Of a stretch of DNA of 64,000 nt, positions 39,651 to 49,568 are shown one piece after another (the first letter of the stretch is position 1; the number at the start of each line of letters is the position of its first letter). The stretch lies in contig JBHLOY010000006.1 in the NCBI GenBank assembly GCA_048939995.1, positions 32,001 to 96,000 on the forward strand, written 5' to 3'. Below the pieces are notes generated by a model, which worked only from the letters and a program-made list of their open reading frames with translations, had not been told where the DNA came from and made no database searches. The DNA is from Promethearchaeota archaeon (GTDB taxonomy: Archaea; Asgardarchaeota; Lokiarchaeia; Sigyniarchaeales; SOKP01). The position numbers were made by a program, and so were the translations under genes.

Positions 39651-40907
39651 ATGGTAGAAAGCTCAAAAGTGGAAGAATTTGATAGTTCTTCTGAAGAAAT
39701 CAAAAAAGAAAAGCTAATAGAAATTAAAGGGTTAAAAACATACTTCTATACAGAAGAAGGAATTGTAAAAGCTGTTGATGGTATTTCTTTTGACATATAT
39801 GAGAATGAAGTACTCGGTCTAGTAGGAGAAACTGGATGCGGTAAATCAGTCACTGCCTTATCAATCCTCCAATTAGTAAGAGCCCCGGGAAAGATAATTG
39901 ACGGGAAGGTATTTTTTAAAGGTAAAAATTTACTAGAATTAGATAAAAATCAAATGAGATTGCATCGTGGTAAGAATATTACTATGATCTTTCAAGATCC
40001 TTTGAATTCACTTAATCCAGTAATGACTATTGGAACTCAAGTAGGTGAAGTATTTTTATTACATCAAAAAGATACTATAAAAGAGGAACTTGCTAAGAAA
40101 AACTTAGAAAGAAAAAACAAGCTACAAAAAAAAAAAGAGTTAAAAGAACATTTAGGTAATAGTAAAAACAGGTTATCAGAGGATGAGATTTTGGAAATTG
40201 AATCTCAAATTAATCAACTAAAGAAAGAAACAACTCATATACCAACCTTCAAAGACATCTTAACTGAAAAATGTGTAACAATTATTAGAGAAGTAGGAAT
40301 TGCTGATGCTCAAGGTATACTTAAACGATATCCTCATGAATTAAGCGGAGGTATGAGACAGCGTGTAATGATTGCAATGGCTTTATCATGCAATCCAGCT
40401 CTTTTAATCGCAGATGAACCAACAACAGCTTTAGATGTCACAATTCAAGCACAGATTCTAGAATTAATGAAAGATTTAAAAGACAGATTTAGAACCTCTA
40501 TATTATTAATAACACACGATCTGGGGATTATTGCTGAATTATGTGATAGAGTAGCAGTGATGTATAGTGGAAGCATTGTAGAATATGCTACTGCTGATGA
40601 CCTCTTTAAGAAACCGCGTCATCCATATACAAGAGGTTTAATTTCTGCTATTCCAAGTATTGAGTTAAGAGATAAGAAATTAAAAACAATCAGAGGGATG
40701 GTTCCAAATTTAATATATCCTCCTTCAGGTTGTAGATTTCATCCACGATGTGATGAAAGATTAGAGATTTGTGATAAAGTTAAACCTGAATTCATTGAAA
40801 TTGGAGATAAGTATTATATTGCATGCCACTTATATGATCCTAGATATAAGGATTCTCCAAAATATCAATGGACAAAAGAAGAAAAAGGTGAATCTCTCTT
40901 AATTTAA
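39651..40907 (+). CDS. dppD: Peptide ABC ATPase (DppD/OppD family)
   Basis: GETGCGKS, LSGGMRQR, IADEPT, C-terminal GCRFHPRC. Confidence 0.95.
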   Translation: MVESSKVEEFDSSSEEIKKEKLIEIKGLKTYFYTEEGIVKAVDGISFDIYENEVLGLVGETGCGKSVTALSILQLVRAPGKIIDGKVFFKGKNLLELDKNQMRLHRGKNITMIFQDPLNSLNPVMTIGTQVGEVFLLHQKDTIKEELAKKNLERKNKLQKKKELKEHLGNSKNRLSEDEILEIESQINQLKKETTHIPTFKDILTEKCVTIIREVGIADAQGILKRYPHELSGGMRQRVMIAMALSCNPALLIADEPTTALDVTIQAQILELMKDLKDRFRTSILLITHDLGIIAELCDRVAVMYSGSIVEYATADDLFKKPRHPYTRGLISAIPSIELRDKKLKTIRGMVPNLIYPPSGCRFHPRCDERLEICDKVKPEFIEIGDKYYIACHLYDPRYKDSPKYQWTKEEKGESLLI

Positions 40908-40929
40908 ATGAATTTAAGGTGTGAGGAAA

Positions 40930-42039
40930 ATGACAATTATAGAGAACGAATTGGAAAGTGAAGAATGGGAAGATTCTGAAAAGAAAAAACCAATTTTAAC
41001 TGTAAAGGATTTAAAGACATATTATCCTATTTATGGTGGTATTTTTAAAAGGGTAGTAGGATATGTGAAAGCGGTCGATGGAGTTTCTTTTAAACTTTAT
41101 AAAGGAGAAACTTTAGGATTAGTTGGAGAAAGTGGGTGTGGAAAAACAACAATCGGTAATACTATTTTGGATCTTGTACCTAATAATGCAGGTGAGATTT
41201 ATTTTGGAGATATAAGAGTTGATTCTGCAGGGATTAAAGGTTGGCGTAAAAAGAAAGCATTGAAACAGGAACGAAAAAAAATGCAAATAAGGAAAAAAGT
41301 ACAGATGGTTTTTCAAGATCCTGATTCATCACTGAATCCACGTTGGAAGGTGGTGAATTTAATAGGTGAACCCTTAAGAATTTTAATGGGTATAAGAAAA
41401 CGTAGCGAAATCCGTAGAAAAGTTCTTGAATTATTAGAAACAGTTTCAATGAAAGCAGAACATTTAGATAGATATCCACATGAATTTTCAGGGGGCCAAA
41501 AGCAGAGAATAGTTATTGCAAGAGCGTTGGCCTGTAATCCAGAAATAATTGTATTGGATGAACCAACCTCTGCACTTGATGTCTCCGTTCAAGCCCAAAT
41601 ATTAAATTTATTGAGAGATCTTCAAAATCAATTTAACTTGGCTTATATTTTTATCACTCATGATCTGACTGTTGTCCAACATATTGTAGATAATATCCAA
41701 GTCATGTACTTAGGTAAATTTGTAGAGGGTGGTACAATTGATGAAGTATTTTACAATCCCACACATCCATACACGAAAGCATTATTGTCCGCAAGACCTA
41801 CATTTGATCCTTCTTCTAAAAGGAAAAGAATAATTCTAGAAGGTGACGTTCCTAGTCCGATAAATCCCCCTTCTGGATGTGCCTTTCATCCACGATGTTT
41901 TGAAAAAGACCAACATATGGGATGTGGAATTGAAAATCCTGTAGAAATAAAATTAGAAGGAAATCATTACATAAGCTGCTTACCCTTCAAAAAAGAAGCA
42001 GAAAAATCCTATGAAGGTTGGGAATATATTTCAGATTAA
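40930..42039 (+). CDS. dppF: Peptide ABC ATPase (DppF/OppF family)
   Basis: GESGCGKT, FSGGQKQR, LDEPTS, GCAFHPRC; ATG 40930 (ORF track GTG 40921). Confidence 0.95.
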   Translation: MTIIENELESEEWEDSEKKKPILTVKDLKTYYPIYGGIFKRVVGYVKAVDGVSFKLYKGETLGLVGESGCGKTTIGNTILDLVPNNAGEIYFGDIRVDSAGIKGWRKKKALKQERKKMQIRKKVQMVFQDPDSSLNPRWKVVNLIGEPLRILMGIRKRSEIRRKVLELLETVSMKAEHLDRYPHEFSGGQKQRIVIARALACNPEIIVLDEPTSALDVSVQAQILNLLRDLQNQFNLAYIFITHDLTVVQHIVDNIQVMYLGKFVEGGTIDEVFYNPTHPYTKALLSARPTFDPSSKRKRIILEGDVPSPINPPSGCAFHPRCFEKDQHMGCGIENPVEIKLEGNHYISCLPFKKEAEKSYEGWEYISD

Positions 42040-42129
42040 TTTCTAATATTTTTTTTCTTATTTATATTTATCTTCTAAGCTTTATTTAGAATCATAAAAA
42101 AAATAAACCTTCAATAATTATTTTTTTTT

Positions 42130-43302
42130 ATGACTTCAGTGAACCCTCAAGTTTTTGTACTTAAAACAAAACCCGCCTCTGTTTTAAATGACTATAAGAT
42201 ATTACTCAATATGGCAGAATATCAGAAATTTTATAGTAAACAAGAAAAAATTCTTATTAAGTTAAATTTGAGTTGGTCTAAATTCTTTCCTGCATGTTCA
42301 AGTCCGCCATGGCAATTAGAAGGTGTTATCAAAACTATGGTTGAGGATGGGTATGATCCTCATAAATTATTTACAGCAGAAAATAGAACAGTAGTGACCA
42401 ATATTGAAAAAGGATTGAAAGGAAATCGTTGGTGGCCTATATTAAAGAAGTACAATGCATGGTTTATCCCTTTAACTCGAATTCCTTTTATTCCATATGA
42501 ATCTCTAAAGCCTAAATTCTTGAACTTAAAGAAACAAGAATTGCTTGTTTTAGATTCAAAAGTGTTTCCTGAAGGATTTCGAATCCCTGAATTTTATGTA
42601 GGAAAGTCTATTATTCACCTTCCAACTATGAAAACACATGGACATACTGGGGCAATTGGAGGCTCTTTAGAATATACTGAGAGCGAAATGAAACATGGAG
42701 GTATAACCTGTGCTATGAAAAACGCTTTTGGTGGCTTACTTACTAAAAGAAGACATTTTTCACATCAGTATATGAGTGAAGTGCTTGTTGATTTATTAAT
42801 AATTCAAAAACAGATTCATCCAAATATCATGGCTGTGGTTGATGGAACTGTTTGTGGCGATGGGGCAGGACCAAGAACCATGATACCAAGAATTAAAAAT
42901 TATATTTTAGCAGGATATGATCAAGTTGCTGTAGACACTGTGGTCGCCAGAATGATGGGTTTTGATCCTTTTAAGCTGCCCGCCATTAAATTAGCTCATG
43001 ATATGGGATTAGGATGCGGAGATTTCAATCAAATTGAAATAATTGGGGAGGATGTATCAAAAATCAATTGGAATTTTAGAGTAAAAAGGAGTCTAGTAAT
43101 TTGGGGGGATCAAATGGTAAGGAAAGGACCGCTACAATTCATCTACCCCTTATTTAAAAATGAGCTCTTTTTTATTGGTCCAATTATGGCTTCTATGATA
43201 TTTCATGACATGATCTGGTATCCTACAATTGGAAAGCGAAGGATAAAGCAATTTATTAAGACAAAATGGGGGAAACTATTCACAACTTATCCTGTTAATT
43301 AA
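42130..43302 (+). CDS. DUF362 family protein
   Basis: ILIKLNL, LPTMKTH, TCAMKNAFG, AVVDGT, DQVAVD. Confidence 0.8.
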   Translation: MTSVNPQVFVLKTKPASVLNDYKILLNMAEYQKFYSKQEKILIKLNLSWSKFFPACSSPPWQLEGVIKTMVEDGYDPHKLFTAENRTVVTNIEKGLKGNRWWPILKKYNAWFIPLTRIPFIPYESLKPKFLNLKKQELLVLDSKVFPEGFRIPEFYVGKSIIHLPTMKTHGHTGAIGGSLEYTESEMKHGGITCAMKNAFGGLLTKRRHFSHQYMSEVLVDLLIIQKQIHPNIMAVVDGTVCGDGAGPRTMIPRIKNYILAGYDQVAVDTVVARMMGFDPFKLPAIKLAHDMGLGCGDFNQIEIIGEDVSKINWNFRVKRSLVIWGDQMVRKGPLQFIYPLFKNELFFIGPIMASMIFHDMIWYPTIGKRRIKQFIKTKWGKLFTTYPVN

Positions 43303-44383
43303 ATTGCTTTCCTTTTTTAGCAAAGTAAAAAGCTAATTTCCCAATTTGTACTTTAATAGAAATTTTTGAACCGAACTTATTATAAAGAATTTTAAATAAT
43401 AGCCCCATTAGGCTGACTGTGATTAATATATAGATCCATATATTTATTGTGTTTAATTGTTTATAAAATAAAAAATACAATACATTATGGATAAAGTAAA
43501 TTGTAAGGGAATAAAATGAATAAAAAAATAAGAAATGGTAGCTTCTTTTTAATTTAAGCACTTTAAATTCTTCAAAAATAAATAATATTGAAAATAGCGT
43601 TAAGTCAATTCCTAAAGTGTAAATTGTCCAAGAAAAACTTCGGTTAATTAGAAAATTAGGATAAAATATCACAATTCCGACAAAAATTAAAAATAGACCT
43701 GAAATTAAGGTAGGGTATATAAATCTTTTTTTTATAGTCCTTTTTAAATCCTCTTCATCCTTAATACGATAGATTTTAAATAGAATTTCTCCTATTACAG
43801 TTCCAAACAAAAAAAAAGGAAAGAATGTAAGAATAACATCAAGATCACGGCTGTGATATAGAATATGAAACATAATTCCATATACATTTAATTGATTTTG
43901 ATAAGGGAACAAAAAGAATAATAAGACCTGATTTAAAATCCAAATAATAAAACCAATGGCAATCCTAATCCAAATTGGCAATTTCATTAAAAACCATCCA
44001 AGAATAAGAGAAATTGATACCGTTAGTAATACAAACCATGTCCATATCCATAATGGATTCAGAATTGCTGCTGCTATACTAATATTGTACATAATTGCCA
44101 ACAAGAAGATTAATAAGGCTCTAAAAAAGTATTCTCTTTTAATCATTTGAGGTTTATACTCATCGTTAAGTTGTGCTTTAATAAACCTCTGACGAACAGA
44201 TAATACCGCAGTTAAGCCTGCTATGAAGATAAATGCTGAAGAGCCAATTGGATCGACTATTGTAAAAGATAAATTATAGAGCCATAAATCTGAATCTCTT
44301 AACCACCAATTCTGAAGATGACCAACGAACATCCATAACATGCTCAATCCGCGAAATGTATCAATACTTTTTAAGCGTTTCAT
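43295..44383 (-). CDS. HGSNAT-catalytic/DUF1624-type membrane acyltransferase
   Basis: RLKSIDTFRGLSMLWMFVGH, SLTIYFIH; polytopic. Confidence 0.8.
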   Translation of the reverse strand: MKRLKSIDTFRGLSMLWMFVGHLQNWWLRDSDLWLYNLSFTIVDPIGSSAFIFIAGLTAVLSVRQRFIKAQLNDEYKPQMIKREYFFRALLIFLLAIMYNISIAAAILNPLWIWTWFVLLTVSISLILGWFLMKLPIWIRIAIGFIIWILNQVLLFFLFPYQNQLNVYGIMFHILYHSRDLDVILTFFPFFLFGTVIGEILFKIYRIKDEEDLKRTIKKRFIYPTLISGLFLIFVGIVIFYPNFLINRSFSWTIYTLGIDLTLFSILFIFEEFKVLKLKRSYHFLFFYSFYSLTIYFIHNVLYFLFYKQLNTINIWIYILITVSLMGLLFKILYNKFGSKISIKVQIGKLAFYFAKKGKQFN

Positions 44384-44439
44384 AGGGTAAATTAACTTAA
44401 TTTAGATTAGTAGTTTAGATTGTTCTCTAAATAAATAGC

Positions 44440-45585
44440 TTAATTAAACTTTTCCTTTAAATTATACTTAAAATACGGTTTATTAGGTTTAATTAAATCG
44501 ATTTTTCTAGCAAAAAAGATAGCTGATTTATTAATAAGAAATTTTAAAGAAATATATTTTTCCCAATTTTTATGAAGAATACGAAATAACAATGTCCATA
44601 TAATTATTATTGGGATTATTAGAAACCAAATTTGCATACTATTAAATTGTGGTTGAAATAGGAAAAATAATAGATGGTGTGAGAGGAACATTGTAAAAGA
44701 ATAGAAAGAATAAAATTCAAAGAACTTATAACTTCTTTTTAACTTAAATCTTCTATAATCTTTTAAAAAGACTAAAAACGCGAAGATCAAAAACTCAAAT
44801 CCAAGTATAAACATATGGGATGAAAATGTTTCTTTATTTGCAATATTTGGAAATTTATAACCTAATCCAAAAAATATTAGAATGAAACCTCCAATTATGA
44901 TAGGTTTGAATAACTTATTCTTTAAATAAGAGTGTTGCTTCTCCAAATTATTTATTCTTCCCGCATCAAACAAAATATCTCCGATCACAGTTCCCAAAAG
45001 TAGAAATGGAAAATATCCAAGAATTACATTTTGTTCGGGGCTGTTGTAAAGGAAATAGAAAAAATATCCAAGAATATTCTCTTGTCCAGCATAAGGAGTC
45101 AACCACACATATATAAACTCATTACTAATCCAACTAATAAAACAAATAAATATTCGAAATATCTTAGACGTTTTTAAAAGTGGCCATACCATTAGAAGAG
45201 AAATTGAGATAGTTTGTAAAACAAACCATAACCATACCCCGGGCAAGCCCATATATATAGTTCCTATAGTATTCCATATCATAGAGATAAATAAAATCAA
45301 TGAAGCTCTAATAATATATTCATTTCTAATTGTTTTCAAACTAAACTCTTGATTATTCTGAGCTTTCACCAATCCTCTTTTATATAAAAGTGCTGCACTC
45401 ATCCCAGAGACAAGTAGGAAACCACCTCCTCCAAAAATAGCTCCATAATTCCATATTACCTCATAAAGCCAAGTATCTGTTGGAGAAATCCACCAATAGA
45501 TCATATGTCCAAAAATCATATAAAAAATACAAAGTCCTCTAAATATATCAACACTTTTGAACCGAGTCATAGTTAATTTTATCAC
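44440..45585 (-). CDS. HGSNAT-catalytic/DUF1624-type membrane acyltransferase (tandem paralog)
   Basis: RFKSVDIFRGLCIFYMIFGH; collinear similarity to 43295..44383. Confidence 0.8.
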   Translation of the reverse strand: MIKLTMTRFKSVDIFRGLCIFYMIFGHMIYWWISPTDTWLYEVIWNYGAIFGGGGFLLVSGMSAALLYKRGLVKAQNNQEFSLKTIRNEYIIRASLILFISMIWNTIGTIYMGLPGVWLWFVLQTISISLLMVWPLLKTSKIFRIFICFISWISNEFIYVWLTPYAGQENILGYFFYFLYNSPEQNVILGYFPFLLLGTVIGDILFDAGRINNLEKQHSYLKNKLFKPIIIGGFILIFFGLGYKFPNIANKETFSSHMFILGFEFLIFAFLVFLKDYRRFKLKRSYKFFEFYSFYSFTMFLSHHLLFFLFQPQFNSMQIWFLIIPIIIIWTLLFRILHKNWEKYISLKFLINKSAIFFARKIDLIKPNKPYFKYNLKEKFN

Positions 45586-45686
45586 ATATTCAAAATAAAA
45601 AATTAATATTTATTTTGAATTTTCTTGAAATAAGAAATCTTATCGATTTATAATATTATATAACAAATTGTTAAAAAACTTATTCT

Positions 45687-46523
45687 TTAAATTAGTTGTG
45701 ATGCATCGCTGAGCGAAAATTCATTATTTAAAATTTTTTTAATTATCTCTTCCATAGGATATAATGGTTCATTAAGAGTTTTAGACTTGTTTTGGTGAAA
45801 GCTATTAATTTTAGATTTTTTTCGCTTGGTTTGATTAAATATTGAGAGATAATTATTAAAATTAAGTTCAATACCTTCTCTTAATGCTAAAATTAAAGCT
45901 GATATTTCATCTTTAGATATTTTTTTCTGGCGATATTTGTTTAAAGTCTTTATTTTTGAAGATTTAAATTCATCAATTAAAAAAATTCTTGTCTTATTTT
46001 CATTTTCTATTGTTTTATAAATCATATCAATTAATTTTTGTGTTATTGAGAGAACTCCACTCCCAAATTTAAATTCTAAATTCATTAAATGAGGATTGTT
46101 TATTTGAAAATAATTTATTGTTGCGTGAATATTCTTAATTATACTATCTTCTTCATAAAAACAATAGGAATCAAAGTAATAATCATCTAAAAAAACCATT
46201 AAGCCTATTCTATTTCCAGGGTCGATTGAGAATATAAGGGAATTATAATTATTTTTAAATCCTACTCTATAAGAAGCGATGACTTTTAATAGGTAATCCT
46301 CAAATTTTTCATTTAGCGAATATGCTAATATTATTGCTCTATTATTTATTCTTAGCAATCTGTCGAGTTCTTTGACTGTAGTTAGAATTATCGAAGGGAA
46401 ATTTGGAATTTTGTTTGGGATGTTAGATATTTTAAAGGGGATATTTTTTTCTTTTAATGCTTTATTTAATCTATAAAAAAAGTTCAAATCTTCTGTAAAT
46501 ATATATAAAGGTAATTTTCTCAA
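45687..46523 (-). CDS. RNase H-fold (YqgF/RuvC-like) protein
   Basis: FSIDPGNRIGL, IFLIDEFKSS, DEISALILA. Confidence 0.6.
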   Translation of the reverse strand: MRKLPLYIFTEDLNFFYRLNKALKEKNIPFKISNIPNKIPNFPSIILTTVKELDRLLRINNRAIILAYSLNEKFEDYLLKVIASYRVGFKNNYNSLIFSIDPGNRIGLMVFLDDYYFDSYCFYEEDSIIKNIHATINYFQINNPHLMNLEFKFGSGVLSITQKLIDMIYKTIENENKTRIFLIDEFKSSKIKTLNKYRQKKISKDEISALILALREGIELNFNNYLSIFNQTKRKKSKINSFHQNKSKTLNEPLYPMEEIIKKILNNEFSLSDASQLI

Positions 46524-46565
46524 ATTAAATATATAAATTAATTATCAATTTAAAAACTTATAATT

Positions 46566-47243
46566 ATGTTTTCTGAAAATAAAGAATTTAACGAACTTAT
46601 CCACCTTTTTTTTTCCAATAAAGGCATTATTTCGATTTGGGGTGATTATGGCGTTGGAAAGACTACCTTTTCGCTTCAAATGGCATTGGATACTGCCTTT
46701 AAAGAGAAAACTGTTATTTATATTTATACAAAACCTAACTTCCCTTATGAAAAAATCAATAATTTTATCCAGGATTCAAATCAGAAGATATTAAACAACA
46801 TAAACTTTATACAGTCATTAAATTTTGAAGATTTGTATTCTTTAGTTTTCAATTTAGAATTTATTGTTCTAGATAAAAATACCAGAATTGAATTAATTAT
46901 AGTTGATTCTATAACAGATCTCTATCGTATAGAACTTAATAGAGAAAATAAAGAAAAAAATTTTTTAATGAATTATAAGTTAAGTCAAATTCTAGCGAAC
47001 TTGTCCTACTTAAATAAAACATATAATATAGATATTTTAATAGTCAATAATAAAACTTATATTGACTCTAATGGACAAATAATTGAAGTGCAAAGCGGAG
47101 GATTAGTTATGGAATACTGGATTAATTCAACCATTAAAATTATACGTACAAATAAATTAAATCAACGTAAATTTATTTTTAATACAGAAAATAAGGAAAT
47201 TATCAAAAAATTAGTCACTCTTACTAAGAATGGGTTTTCATGA
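46566..47243 (+). CDS. RadB-like RecA/Rad51 paralog
   Basis: Walker A GDYGVGKT, Walker B IIVDSITDLYR, GGLVMEYW. Confidence 0.8.
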   Translation: MFSENKEFNELIHLFFSNKGIISIWGDYGVGKTTFSLQMALDTAFKEKTVIYIYTKPNFPYEKINNFIQDSNQKILNNINFIQSLNFEDLYSLVFNLEFIVLDKNTRIELIIVDSITDLYRIELNRENKEKNFLMNYKLSQILANLSYLNKTYNIDILIVNNKTYIDSNGQIIEVQSGGLVMEYWINSTIKIIRTNKLNQRKFIFNTENKEIIKKLVTLTKNGFS

Positions 47244-48362
47244 AACATCTAATATTCCCTCTTTAATCATAATTTTTAGTGTTTGCTTCGAACAAGAAAT
47301 TACTTTTGATCGAAAAGGAGGCCTTTCAAGAACTTCAGCAACACTTTCTAAAAAAAATCTAGAAATAATTTTACAGGTAGAATTTAATTCTCTTATCTTA
47401 CGTGTAATAAGTATAGTGTTAGTCACGTCTGTTATTGTATTAATTACATAGTCTATCTCTTGAATCTTTGCTTTCCCTAATATTAAAGCTTCTTTTGGAT
47501 CGCCTATTATTACAGTTTCTTTTGGAATCATTAATTGTTCAATTTTCTCTTCATCTTCCTCAATTATATAATAATTAAGATTTTTGTTTAACTGGATCTT
47601 TTCAATTAATCGTAAAGATATATGATTCAACCCGATAAGAAGAATTTTTTGGTAATTCCGTTTAGTAATTTTTTTAAAAATTGCTTCAGATGCAAATTTG
47701 GAAGTAGAAATAACTTTAGCATTATAAGATTTAGCAATTAGGTCCCCAATGTCATCCTCAAAAACACGACACACTAATTTACAATATTTATTTAATTCTC
47801 TAATATTAGCATTCACTACCAATTGAACCTCTAAATTATCACTCATAACAAAGACAGCCCTTGCTTGCTCGATATTCGCATCTTTTAAGGTTTCCATTTT
47901 TAAAGCATCATCATTTATAACAGCTTGTTCGTTGTCAATTAAATCTTTCACTAAATCTTCTTTCTTTTCAATAATTACAACGTCATATTTTGTATTCTCA
48001 GTAACATAATTAGCAATTCTTTTTCCTATATGATTATGTCCTATAACTACAACATGATTATCACAAAATCTTGCTAATTCTCTACAGGTGTCTGCTGGAT
48101 TGTACTTTCTAAAAAGATCGATGGTTATAAGTGAAAATATTAACCCGAAAATTATAAATTCTGTAAAATTTGCATAGAAATTGCCATATAAGCTTATATA
48201 GTTCTTGAAGTAAAATATTATCAATAATGCTTCATATAAGTCAGAAGTTTTAATCGAAAAATAGATGAAATTGCCCAGAAACCAAAAAATAACAATTAGG
48301 ATTGCAGCGTAATTTTGTCTTAATACTTTTTTAACTTTAATTAATTTTCTCGATCTTATAAT
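47238..48362 (-). CDS. 2-TM plus tandem RCK (TrkA-N) channel-like protein; probable non-canonical start (ORF track start 48224)
   Basis: NHVVVIGHNHIG and ILLIGLNHIS RCK domains; frame stays open for 46 codons upstream of the TTG and encodes a TM helix. Confidence 0.7.
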   Translation of the reverse strand: MIRSRKLIKVKKVLRQNYAAILIVIFWFLGNFIYFSIKTSDLYEALLIIFYFKNYISLYGNFYANFTEFIIFGLIFSLITIDLFRKYNPADTCRELARFCDNHVVVIGHNHIGKRIANYVTENTKYDVVIIEKKEDLVKDLIDNEQAVINDDALKMETLKDANIEQARAVFVMSDNLEVQLVVNANIRELNKYCKLVCRVFEDDIGDLIAKSYNAKVISTSKFASEAIFKKITKRNYQKILLIGLNHISLRLIEKIQLNKNLNYYIIEEDEEKIEQLMIPKETVIIGDPKEALILGKAKIQEIDYVINTITDVTNTILITRKIRELNSTCKIISRFFLESVAEVLERPPFRSKVISCSKQTLKIMIKEGILDVS

Positions 48363-48542
48363 GGATTACACCTTTTAATTTAATATTAATTTTGGAATTA
48401 ATAAAATAAATCTGTTCTAAATAAACTATATAGTTTAATTATAATTCTGTATATAATTTAACTCTCTTCTGTTTATATAAAGAATTAACAATGATTTTAC
48501 ATTATAAAAATTAAAGATTTTAAAAAAGTTAGTTTTTAGATT

Positions 48543-49526
48543 ATGAGTAGTAAGGATGATAAAATTAAATTATCTAAGTGGTTACAAAGAGAAATAAATC
48601 CATCATATCCACATAAAGGAAAGTTAATTGAAATTATTGAAACTATAGCTGAAGCTACAATTCCAATACGAGGTTTACTTGAGAGAGGAATAACATCTCG
48701 AGAGATAAAACAAAGAATGAATATTAAAGATACTTACGGTGATTCTAAGAACATTTTTAATGAACTTCAAATTCATGAAGATATTTTAACGCACAGTATA
48801 ATCTTAAAAGCATTAACAGAGGGTAAGACAAGTTTTTCATATATAGCTTCTGAGGAATCAGAACCTGTTCTAGGAGAGGGAGTATTTGGGATTACAATTG
48901 ATCCTGTTGATGGCTCAACAAATGTTGCTGTAAATAGAACAGTCGGCACAATTGTTGGAATTTATAATGATGTTGGTAGAATAATCTGTGGATTTTACGT
49001 ACTTTATGGTATTTTCACAAATCTAGTGATTGCTGTTGATAATAAAGTTGCAGAATTCATGTTAGATAATTCTCCCTATAGTATGACCTTTTATCATTAT
49101 GTATTTCAGGAATTAAAATACATGCCTAATGAATTAGAAGGCGGCATTAGGTGTATCGGTGGCGATTCTACTCAATGGTTTGAAAAATTTAAAAAATATG
49201 AACAGCTGCTTCTCCAACATCACTTAAAAGATCGTTATAGTGGCAGTTTTGTAGGAGATATTCATGCAATCATTAATTATGGAGGGATTTATGCATACTT
49301 TCCTTCACCTAAACCAAAAATCAGGGTTTATTATGAATGGTTACCCTTAGCCTATATTATAAAAGCACTAGCAGGAGAATTTTTGGCTTTAGATAATAAA
49401 GGTAAAACGAAACAGATAGAAGATATTCCCCCTTTAAAAAAAAATAATGTCAAGGAAATGCATACCCTCATATATGGTGGAATTATAGGTAGCGAAAAAG
49501 TAGTCAATCTCTATCTTACTATTTGA
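48543..49526 (+). CDS. fbp: Fructose-1,6-bisphosphatase class I
   Basis: ASEE, IDPVDGSTN, RYSGSFVGDIH..GGIYAYF, KIRVYYEWLP. Confidence 0.88.
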   Translation: MSSKDDKIKLSKWLQREINPSYPHKGKLIEIIETIAEATIPIRGLLERGITSREIKQRMNIKDTYGDSKNIFNELQIHEDILTHSIILKALTEGKTSFSYIASEESEPVLGEGVFGITIDPVDGSTNVAVNRTVGTIVGIYNDVGRIICGFYVLYGIFTNLVIAVDNKVAEFMLDNSPYSMTFYHYVFQELKYMPNELEGGIRCIGGDSTQWFEKFKKYEQLLLQHHLKDRYSGSFVGDIHAIINYGGIYAYFPSPKPKIRVYYEWLPLAYIIKALAGEFLALDNKGKTKQIEDIPPLKKNNVKEMHTLIYGGIIGSEKVVNLYLTI

Positions 49527-49568
49527 AAGATTTATTAAATAAAACCTTAATTAAAGTTTAGAAAAATA

